From: a virus
Taxonomy: Duplodnaviria; Caudoviricetes
Direction: 5' to 3' (one strand)
Virus record (IMG/VR): IMGVR_UViG_3300012665_000299
Span: 1 to 35,401 of that record
Length of the DNA: 35,401 bases
Position numbers and translations under genes: made by a program. Below, in pieces: positions 25,833 through 32,785 of this stretch (positions are counted from its first letter, which is position 1; each line of letters opens with the position of its first letter). Under the pieces are notes generated by a model that saw nothing but the letters and a program-made list of their open reading frames with translations, was not told the DNA's origin and did not search any database.

Positions 25833-25843
25833 TACATCACTCA
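25830..25843 (-). promoter_or_regulatory. Primase translation-initiation region; 14-nt perfect target of the candidate sRNA
   Basis: mRNA UGAGUGAUGUAAUG is identical to + strand 22771-22784, so it is complementary to the minus-strand RNA from that locus. Confidence 0.7.
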
Positions 25844-25889
25844 CCGTCGCGGGGTATACCCGCCATATTATTAGTTGTGCCGACGATTA

Positions 25890-26126
25890 TTATGTACGGT
25901 CGTGAATTTTATCCATCCACACCCTAATCTCACTTTCGTGAGAAGGGCGGGGCGACGTAGTCCCACTGAACCAACCGTAAATTGTCTGACGGGTAACCCT
26001 CAAGGTGGATGCTATCTCTGCGACAGGGATGTCGCGTTCGAGGCATAAACGTCCGAGTTGGACACCAAGAAGATTACCGTCAGCGCTTTTTATCGCTTCG
26101 GCTATACGGATGCTATAGCCTTGCAT
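25890..26126 (-). CDS. XRE/Cro-like helix-turn-helix protein
   Basis: IPVAEIASTLRVTRQTIYGWFSG is an HTH pattern. Confidence 0.8.
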   Translation of the reverse strand: MQGYSIRIAEAIKSADGNLLGVQLGRLCLERDIPVAEIASTLRVTRQTIYGWFSGTTSPRPSHESEIRVWMDKIHDRT

Positions 26127-26129
26127 AAA

Positions 26130-27071
26130 TCAATCCTCGTCATCGTTATCAAGCCACTCACCCAGCACGGATGCCAGTTCGGGCTTCACTTCAGTCACAG
26201 TAGCCTTAGGCTTACTGGCGCGCTTTGCAGGCGCAGCTTGCACGACTTCCTCTTCGTCCTCGTCGTCATCACCAAACGGATTGACAGGAGGCTGAGCGGG
26301 CGGAGGAGCGATAGCTGCTGCTTTAGTAGGAGCAGAAAGGGCAGGAGCACCGCTAACGGCAGCAACCGACAACATGGTGTACTTCTCAGTCGCTGGGTCA
26401 TCCTGCGCTGCGTCAACCAAATCGGACTCAATCGGGGTCAAGTGACGGATAGCCTTGAAGCCTACCTTGGCGGTATCTGCTTCGGCATCATAGATGATGC
26501 GCGTGACAACCGTATCCAGACCTTCGCCATTGGCGAGGAGGAACTTCTTGTAGCCCTCGAAGCCATAGATGCTACCGTCGTTGGCACTAAACAGCGAAGC
26601 GCCGGGAACTGCGATTTGGTATACGTCACCTGATGGGTCACCAGCAACAAGAGCGGCGAGGCGGCGTTCGTAACGACAAGCCTTACCCTTACCGTTGGAG
26701 CCGGAACCCTTCACGTTCTTAGGGCAGACAGCGCAGGAAGCGGATTGCTTACCCTTGGCAGTTGCTTCTGGGGTAATGCCATCGTTCGACCAGCAGTCAG
26801 GTAGCGTTGCTTTTGCGTCCTTGTCGTACGCAGCCGCGTAGAACTTACGCGATGGTTCCATGAGCCAGTCAACGACGATGACGTCGAGTTGGTTGCTGAC
26901 AGACTTACCAATCTGCTCACCGTTAACTACGCGCTTGAAGACGCGGCCATTGCTAAGCTGGATACGGCGCATGCTGCTACCGCTGCCATTGGACATACGG
27001 TCCATACGACGCGACTCACGGCGTACGGTGGGGACATCGCTCTGCTCTTCGAAGATTGTAATGTTGCTCAT
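26130..27071 (-). CDS. Putative ssDNA-binding/annealing protein with Zn-binding Cys and acidic tail
   Basis: CWSNDG, CAVC and KAC motifs; Pro/Ala linker; acidic C-terminus WLDNDDED; replication context. Start taken as MSNIT. Confidence 0.6.
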   Translation of the reverse strand: MSNITIFEEQSDVPTVRRESRRMDRMSNGSGSSMRRIQLSNGRVFKRVVNGEQIGKSVSNQLDVIVVDWLMEPSRKFYAAAYDKDAKATLPDCWSNDGITPEATAKGKQSASCAVCPKNVKGSGSNGKGKACRYERRLAALVAGDPSGDVYQIAVPGASLFSANDGSIYGFEGYKKFLLANGEGLDTVVTRIIYDAEADTAKVGFKAIRHLTPIESDLVDAAQDDPATEKYTMLSVAAVSGAPALSAPTKAAAIAPPPAQPPVNPFGDDDEDEEEVVQAAPAKRASKPKATVTEVKPELASVLGEWLDNDDED

Positions 27072-27079
27072 AGGTATTC

Positions 27080-27484
27080 TCACTTTTCTGTGGGTTTGCG
27101 GACTTGGATTACGTACTTATTATCGGTCTGTAGGCCGATAGGGAGGATGTCCGGATTTTCCTCCATGAACTGCTTCATGTTACCGTTATGAATGCGCTTC
27201 TCAAGTATAAAAGCCGCATCATGTTCAGCGATGAACTGGTACATACGTTCCCAGTCCGTGGTCCAGTAGCGGGTCTGAACACGGCGGGACACGGTGCCCG
27301 ATGGTGTCTTGACGCTATCAAGATTTTGCTCGTTACAGAACTTCAGAAGCTCGGATGATACAAGCTCCAGCTTCTCTTTGAGACCAGACACACGGGCTTC
27401 GTGTGCCTCTTCCTCTGTCGTTATGGCAGCGCGTAGTTTACGATACGCAGCCACAAGGGTTTCAATAGGTATTGCTTCTTCCAT
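27080..27484 (-). CDS. Conserved phage replication-module protein (N-terminal coiled coil; Gam-like architecture possible)
   Basis: Coiled coil followed by SVKTPSGTV...DWERMYQFI...LEKRI; strong RBS AAGGAG. Confidence 0.55.
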   Translation of the reverse strand: MEEAIPIETLVAAYRKLRAAITTEEEAHEARVSGLKEKLELVSSELLKFCNEQNLDSVKTPSGTVSRRVQTRYWTTDWERMYQFIAEHDAAFILEKRIHNGNMKQFMEENPDILPIGLQTDNKYVIQVRKPTEK

Positions 27485-27496
27485 AGTTTGCTCCTT
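27485..27496 (-). promoter_or_regulatory. Conserved RBS motif AAGGAGCAAACT (sRNA target)
   Basis: Abuts ATG 27484; 12/12 complementary to sRNA seed 1. Confidence 0.8.
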
Positions 27497-27518
27497 AGGT
27501 AGTCGTTGCTACAAACCC

Positions 27519-27547
27519 CTCCTATTCCTTACGTTATACAATGTCAA
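27519..27547 (-). promoter_or_regulatory. Putative sigma70-type promoter TTGACA-17-TAGGAG
   Basis: Perfect -35 at 27547-27542, 17-nt spacer, -10-like TAGGAG at 27524-27519; upstream of the SSB/primase sub-operon. Confidence 0.5.
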
Positions 27548-29078
27548 GTTCTTGATTGTATAGGTCGATAATTTTTAGGTGGTTTGCAATGTTGCCTTGC
27601 AGCATAGAGTACAGCCGCTCTTCCACTGGGCTTCCTTTGATATGCACAATGGTCATGGCGTTCTTCTGTCCTGCACGGTCGATACGGGCGTTTGCCTGTA
27701 GGTAGGTTTCCACGCTCGTCGTAGGCGCGTACCAGATAATGGTATCCGCTGCCGTAAGAGTAAGTCCATGCGATGCAGCCTTAGGCTGGATAAGCAGGAC
27801 ACGGGGGTTCGGGTCTGTCTGGAAGCGGTTCACAATCTCTGTGCGCTTGTTGACCGGAACCTTACCATTGATGACGTCGCAGGTTATCTTCTCCTTGTCC
27901 ATCAAGGCACGTAGTAGCTCAATGGTATGGGTGAACGGCACGAAGACCAGCACTTTGTTGCTGGCTTCCTCAATGACTTCCAACACCACCTTAAGGCGGT
28001 TGGATACGTCGAACTCTAGGACTTCTCCAGTATCCGTGTAGACTGCACCCCCGCTAATCTGAAGCAGCTTGTTGAGCTTGGTCGCTGCGTTTACCGCGCT
28101 GACCTCTTCACCTTGGGCTTCGAACAACATCTGGTTTTTAAGCTGGGCGTAGAACTTGCGCTGCTGCGGGGTGAGCGGCGCTTCGCGTTCGATGTGGGTT
28201 ACAGACGGTAGGTCGAGACAGTCCTTCTTCTCGAACCGGATAGCCGGTTGTAAAACTTTATGGACGATGGCGTCCGCACTGGGCCTCGGTGCCCATTTGA
28301 ACTGGGTCACCTTCATCATCACGCTGTCGCGGAACGCGCCGTAATACTTCGGACATCCCGGCCCTCCTGCCATACGGGCCAGCCCGTAAGCATCGATAGG
28401 GCTTTGTGCTGCTGGCGTACCAGTAAGCATCCACATCCGGGGATTAGTCTCACGCACAATCCGGTCTAGGATTTTCCAGCGGTTGGTCATGGGGTTCTTG
28501 TACGCGTTAGCTTCGTCAATCACGATAAGGTCGAAGCCACCCTTGGCGATGGCGTCCTTGACTACGGCCACACCATCGAAATTTATGATGACGAAGTCGG
28601 AACCTGCGTTGATGATCTTCTCACGCTGCTTAGCCGCCCCATGTGCCACGCTGCACGAACGGTGCATGGCGAACTTAAACAGGTCCTGCTGCCATGCGGA
28701 CTTCATGATGGATAGCGGACAAAGGACAAGGACGCGCTTCACGATGCCACGCTTCATAAGATAGTCTGCTGCCCAGATAACACTGGCGGTCTTGCCTGTG
28801 CCCTGCTCGTTGAAGCAGAAGGCGCGCCTACGCAGCGATAGGAATGACGCTGTGGTTTTCTGGTGGTCGAACGGCTTGAACTTACCCGTCCATTCGTAGG
28901 ACTTTAGGATAGGTGAGGGGACATTATCAAAGCCAAGGTCTGTTAGTATCTCAGCTTCGGTGTGTCCCCATTTGACAAGGACGCCTTCCTTAACGGCGGC
29001 GCTCTTATGTATATGGTCCGTGATGGCAGACGGGTCCTGAGCGTTGATGAGCAACGCCTTATTCTCGATGATTTCCAC
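27534..29078 (-). CDS. SNF2-family (SF2) helicase
   Basis: EQGTGKT, IVIDEAN, LTGTP, GLTLTAA and QANARIDRAGQ motifs; GTG start. Confidence 0.92.
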   Translation of the reverse strand: MEIIENKALLINAQDPSAITDHIHKSAAVKEGVLVKWGHTEAEILTDLGFDNVPSPILKSYEWTGKFKPFDHQKTTASFLSLRRRAFCFNEQGTGKTASVIWAADYLMKRGIVKRVLVLCPLSIMKSAWQQDLFKFAMHRSCSVAHGAAKQREKIINAGSDFVIINFDGVAVVKDAIAKGGFDLIVIDEANAYKNPMTNRWKILDRIVRETNPRMWMLTGTPAAQSPIDAYGLARMAGGPGCPKYYGAFRDSVMMKVTQFKWAPRPSADAIVHKVLQPAIRFEKKDCLDLPSVTHIEREAPLTPQQRKFYAQLKNQMLFEAQGEEVSAVNAATKLNKLLQISGGAVYTDTGEVLEFDVSNRLKVVLEVIEEASNKVLVFVPFTHTIELLRALMDKEKITCDVINGKVPVNKRTEIVNRFQTDPNPRVLLIQPKAASHGLTLTAADTIIWYAPTTSVETYLQANARIDRAGQKNAMTIVHIKGSPVEERLYSMLQGNIANHLKIIDLYNQELDIV

Positions 29079-29090
29079 AGTTTGCTCCTT
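29079..29090 (-). promoter_or_regulatory. Conserved RBS motif AAGGAGCAAACT (sRNA target)
   Basis: Abuts GTG 29078; 12/12 complementary to seed 1. Confidence 0.8.
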
Positions 29091-29098
29091 GCGGGGGG

Positions 29099-29383
29099 TT
29101 ACTTCTTTTTCTTGCGTTCCCGTGTGCTGGTTTCCGACACTAGGTTGCGCTTGCTGTCGCGCTTGAATGAGCGGTTGGCCGATGCGCTCTCGACGCGCAG
29201 TCCGGTCTTGTTATTACCGCCCTTATCGAATGCCTTTACGTGAGCAACGTCTTTACCGTCGCCCTTGCTGACTTTGCCAGCCTTCATCATCTTGGCACGG
29301 GCAGCGTTACGCGCAGCGCGGTTCTTCTTCTGCTCCGCTGTACCTTGGTACTTCGCGTACTCTGCCTTGTAATCTCTGGCCAT
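29099..29383 (-). CDS. Small basic HNH-like protein
   Basis: Start re-assigned to MARDYKAEY (TGATG overlap, GGAGG RBS). GDGKDVAH...GG...LRV...ANR is an HNH-like pattern. Confidence 0.65.
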   Translation of the reverse strand: MARDYKAEYAKYQGTAEQKKNRAARNAARAKMMKAGKVSKGDGKDVAHVKAFDKGGNNKTGLRVESASANRSFKRDSKRNLVSETSTRERKKKK

Positions 29384-30057
29384 CACCGCCTCCGTGGGGG
29401 TTTGTAATGTTCGCAACTTACCACAGGACACCACCCGCATAAAGGGCTTGTCTTGGCATTCCATACACCGTTCCCAATGGCGGCATCCAACTGGTCTAAC
29501 TGGTCATCGAACACGGAGAAGTATTGGTCCAGCTTCTCCCGTACGTGTACCTTCTTAGGGAACTCGTTGCTAACCACGAAGGCCAGCGCCGACTTAATCT
29601 TCTGCACCTCTGGGAAGTGTACGAAGATTGCCCCCGCCATAAGGTCAAGCTGCTTCATGTCCGCGTACTTGGCGCTCTTACCTGTCTTGTAGTCAATCAT
29701 GAAAGCCGTGTGGCCATCCACGATTAGCAAATCGACGATGCCGCGCCACCACACATCCTTAGCGAAGAAGGTGGTAGGCTCGTAGCCAGTATCCGTCTTG
29801 GCGACACCTAGCCGTAACTCGGTGTGCTTCGTGCCCTGCTTCGCAGCCAGTGGTTCCACGATGGGTCGCATGTAGGCAAACTTCTCAGGGATAGGTGTGC
29901 CATCCTTGATGAACAACTCGGCAGCTTCATGGACTGCGGTCCCATAGTCAGCAGCTTCCCCCGGAATATCCTTGACGTCCTTCGCCACCTTAAGGTGGTA
30001 ATACTTCTTCGGACATTGGTCGAAGGTCTTGATGCTGCTATAGGACCACGCTGTCAT
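29383..30057 (-). CDS. Cas4-like PD-(D/E)XK exonuclease
   Basis: WSYSS...CP, GTAVH, GIVDLL, IDYKTG, QL and CGWC...C (four-Cys Fe-S staple). Start taken as MTAWSYS. Confidence 0.88.
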   Translation of the reverse strand: MTAWSYSSIKTFDQCPKKYYHLKVAKDVKDIPGEAADYGTAVHEAAELFIKDGTPIPEKFAYMRPIVEPLAAKQGTKHTELRLGVAKTDTGYEPTTFFAKDVWWRGIVDLLIVDGHTAFMIDYKTGKSAKYADMKQLDLMAGAIFVHFPEVQKIKSALAFVVSNEFPKKVHVREKLDQYFSVFDDQLDQLDAAIGNGVWNAKTSPLCGWCPVVSCEHYKPPRRR

Positions 30058-30058
30058 G

Positions 30059-30637
30059 TTATCTGATTTTCCCTTGGAGACGGTCGGCCACCAACGTAGC
30101 ATATCCGGCAATGTCTAGCCAGCTATCTATATAGTGTGAGTCGCCGGTGATGATACGCGCAATCTTACTCGCTATCATATCAAGTGCTTCCTGATGGTCT
30201 GCTTGTAGGGTTACATTTTGTTCGTCTAGGGCGCTACGGATGACTTCTTTCATATCCTGCGCAAAAAGCGCTACGTTAATGAAGCTACCGTAAGTGGAAG
30301 CACGGGCATTAAGGATTGCGTCCACCTCTTGGGCAGACTTGGCCCCCTCGACTACGACATACTCACCGGCTTCGGCCTTAATAGCTTCCTCGCGGCGCTT
30401 CTGCCTACCCTGCGACAGGGAGAAGGCAAACTCCGGGGTTATGTTAGGGTATACGTTCGTGTCTACGCTAAGTATGGTTGTCTTAGGTTCCACCTCAGCT
30501 TCTACTCCCGCTTCCATCAGTTTCTTCAGCTTCCATGCGTAGTTGTAGCTTGCATCCATACGCTGGGTAACTTCCCTAGGCGAGTAGCCCTGCTTTAGTA
30601 GTTTCATGATTGCCTTTGCTTTAGCTGTCTTATTCAT
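30059..30637 (-). CDS. HTH + DUF6378-like domain protein
   Basis: N-terminal GYSPREVTQRMDASYNYAW HTH-like segment; C-terminal R..TYG.F...KIARI...DSWLDIAGYA signature. Confidence 0.7.
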   Translation of the reverse strand: MNKTAKAKAIMKLLKQGYSPREVTQRMDASYNYAWKLKKLMEAGVEAEVEPKTTILSVDTNVYPNITPEFAFSLSQGRQKRREEAIKAEAGEYVVVEGAKSAQEVDAILNARASTYGSFINVALFAQDMKEVIRSALDEQNVTLQADHQEALDMIASKIARIITGDSHYIDSWLDIAGYATLVADRLQGKIR

Positions 30638-30640
30638 TTC

Positions 30641-30651
30641 GTTTGCTCCTT
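30641..30651 (-). promoter_or_regulatory. Conserved RBS motif AAGGAGCAAAC (sRNA target)
   Basis: 3 nt before ATG 30637; 11 contiguous complementary bases; overlaps the upstream stop codon. Confidence 0.8.
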
Positions 30652-31405
30652 ACTTTAGGTTCCCGCCCGATTTCAAAATGTCCCCGTTGTAGACGTAGGT
30701 CCCAACATGGTCCAACTTCACGAAGGGGTGGGCGTATATCTTCCCCCCGTGCTTGCGAAACAGTTCGCAAAAGTGGTAGTCCTCCGATAGCAGTGCGCCA
30801 GTATGGTCAATGCTGGTAGCGAAAAACTCGTGCGTCAGTGGCTTGTCGTACTCACCATCTGGTTTGATGAATGAGGATGTCCGGTAGGTCGGCACATGTG
30901 GCGCAAGGTGGTCGAACACCCCCCGCCTGATAAGCATAAAGCCTGTACCACCATGCCGCACTTCTATTGTACCGCGCTCGTCAGTCTCGACATGTGCTTC
31001 ATCCACCATGTTGAACACGAACGCACCTGCATGGTCTTCAAGGTCTTCTTTGCCAGCGGCGGCTGCGCGTTTGACGCTATCCCAGTTCACTTCTTTCTTA
31101 GGGTAGATACCGCACACGATGTCATCGTCCACGGCCAACAGGTGAGCGATAGCCTGCCCGTCGAAACCGATGTCGGCGTCGATGAACATTAGGTAGTCAC
31201 AGTCTGTTGCTAAGAAAGTACGAGCAAGCTCGTTACGTGCTCGCGTAATTAAACTCTCGTTCGTCATGTGTGCCCAGCGTACCTCGACACCTAGTTCACG
31301 CATCGTAGCCATAGTGTTGAGCAAACCCATCACATACATGCCCGTGCACATGCCCCCGTACATGGGGGTGGCAATCATAATCTTAGGACGTTTCTCTTTG
31401 GTCAT
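30650..31405 (-). CDS. GT-A fold glycosyltransferase-like protein
   Basis: IMIATP, ITRARN, LMFIDAD (DxD), GTGFMLI, SEDYHFC and LDHVG motifs. Confidence 0.8.
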   Translation of the reverse strand: MTKEKRPKIMIATPMYGGMCTGMYVMGLLNTMATMRELGVEVRWAHMTNESLITRARNELARTFLATDCDYLMFIDADIGFDGQAIAHLLAVDDDIVCGIYPKKEVNWDSVKRAAAAGKEDLEDHAGAFVFNMVDEAHVETDERGTIEVRHGGTGFMLIRRGVFDHLAPHVPTYRTSSFIKPDGEYDKPLTHEFFATSIDHTGALLSEDYHFCELFRKHGGKIYAHPFVKLDHVGTYVYNGDILKSGGNLK

Positions 31406-31556
31406 TGCTCTGTTCTTTCTTTAATCTTCTGTATCGACACTCCACGGCAGCAACCGTTAGGCCCATTTGCTCCGCCATATACGCTGGCCTTAGGCCATGC
31501 TGATAATACTCCAGTAACTGTGCGTCTTTCTCAGGTGTCCATACTCGTTTAGGCAT
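31383..31556 (-). CDS. GcrA/Myb-like HTH mini-protein (57 aa), absent from the ORF track
   Basis: MPKRVWTPEKDAQLLEYYQHGLRPAYMAEQMGLTVAAVECRYRRLKKEQSNDQRETS; TAATG overlap with the upstream gene; AAGGA RBS. Confidence 0.7.
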   Translation of the reverse strand: MPKRVWTPEKDAQLLEYYQHGLRPAYMAEQMGLTVAAVECRYRRLKKEQSNDQRETS

Positions 31557-31765
31557 TATTTTTCCTTGGTGAACAGTTCGACTTCGCTACGTCTGGAAGT
31601 CCCTTGGTTTGTCCGGCGTGTACCAAGTTTAAGAAGTTCCCGTGACAGGCGGGTATTTTCATCCCGTAACTGGTGGATACGGATTGTGTTTACGATGGTA
31701 GCGGCAACGGCAGCGAGGGAACCGCCAATAAAAAACCCAACGGTAAAACTTAATGGGTCGAACAT
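31556..31765 (-). CDS. Small membrane-anchored coiled-coil protein
   Basis: N-terminal hydrophobic helix followed by LRDENTRLSRELLKL; AAAGGA RBS. Confidence 0.65.
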   Translation of the reverse strand: MFDPLSFTVGFFIGGSLAAVAATIVNTIRIHQLRDENTRLSRELLKLGTRRTNQGTSRRSEVELFTKEK

Positions 31766-31769
31766 AATC

Positions 31770-32372
31770 TTATCCTTTCTTACGTACTACTAATTGATAT
31801 CCAACGTGGACAATCTCTGCTGTCTCGCCAAAGATGTTGGTGAAAGCGTCGATTGCAATCTTAGGGCGGTGCAGCGCATCGCGGGGGTTGCCCCACATAT
31901 AATCATCAAACACCATCAAACCTTCAAGCTTGAGCAACGGCCAAGCCATACACGCATCGGTTAGCACATCCTTAGCTACATGGCTTCCGTCGATGTAGAT
32001 GAAGTCGAAATATGCGTGGTCTTCGGGGGTTTCCACCAACCAGTGCGCAAGGTGCTGGGTAGATGTACCTTTAAGTTTGTGTATGTAGACTACGTTTTCT
32101 TCCTCTGCGATGTTGGTATTGTGGTCAAACCGCTTCTCCACCTCGCTCATGTTCTCTTCGCCGTGTTCTTCGCCGCCCATCCATGTGTCGATACAGTAAA
32201 TATCCGCAGGGGTTTCGCCAGAAATCATATTCTCAGCAATCCAGACGGTGCTACGCCCTTCGAACGAACCGATTTCAAGGAAGTTCTGCCGCGCAGGTAG
32301 CATAGGGATAAGCTGCGTCCAGACTTCCGGTGCCCAGTTGAACCAGTCTTTTGTGTATTGGTACTCGCTCAT
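31770..32372 (-). CDS. Class I SAM-dependent methyltransferase (Methyltransf_24-like)
   Basis: LEIGSFEGRS, CIDTW, FDFIYIDGSH and GLMVFDDY motifs. Confidence 0.88.
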   Translation of the reverse strand: MSEYQYTKDWFNWAPEVWTQLIPMLPARQNFLEIGSFEGRSTVWIAENMISGETPADIYCIDTWMGGEEHGEENMSEVEKRFDHNTNIAEEENVVYIHKLKGTSTQHLAHWLVETPEDHAYFDFIYIDGSHVAKDVLTDACMAWPLLKLEGLMVFDDYMWGNPRDALHRPKIAIDAFTNIFGETAEIVHVGYQLVVRKKG

Positions 32373-32785
32373 TTTAATACCTTCCTTATTGAATTGAGTA
32401 CGCCAGATGAAACATCTAGCTTCGTACTTGGTGACTTCGTACCGACACCGACCATCTTATCGAGGTCATAGTCGTAAGCTTGTTTCGTAAGCGTGAGTGA
32501 CTTGGACAGGTTACGCTCATACTCATACTCTTCCCGTTCCGTGCGGCGGCGTTCGGGGCCGTTAAGTAGTTCATCCAGTACCTCTCCGTGGAGTTCGTCC
32601 ATTAAGATACCCCGCAGCTTCACGGTTATCGCAGCCTTGTCAGCCTCGCTTCCGTGGTCCTGTATTATGTCTATGTGGTGGGACCAGCGTTGGTGGAATA
32701 TCCCTTCCCCAATCCTAAACTCTTCGGGATGGCTCTCCATCCGTGCGACCAGTAGTTTGACTACATCATGTGGCTCACCCGCCAT
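32369..32785 (-). CDS. Hypothetical protein
   Basis: Start re-assigned to MAGEPH behind AAGGAGCAAGCT; overlaps both neighbouring genes. Confidence 0.7.
   Translation of the reverse strand: MAGEPHDVVKLLVARMESHPEEFRIGEGIFHQRWSHHIDIIQDHGSEADKAAITVKLRGILMDELHGEVLDELLNGPERRRTEREEYEYERNLSKSLTLTKQAYDYDLDKMVGVGTKSPSTKLDVSSGVLNSIRKVLK

Noticed and set aside
29383-30057. CRISPR-Cas system suggested by the Cas4-like gene
   Set aside because: No repeat-spacer array or other cas genes; stand-alone Cas4-like exonucleases are common in phage replication modules.
31465-31473. GGAGCAAAT match to seed 1 inside the GcrA-like ORF
   Set aside because: Shorter, lacks the leading AA, and is explained by A-E-Q-M codons; not at a plausible RBS spacing. 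Not counted as a target.
32380-32386. AGGAAGG before the methyltransferase, complementary to sRNA CCUUCCU
   Set aside because: Only 7 nt and a generic SD-like sequence; cannot be distinguished from chance.
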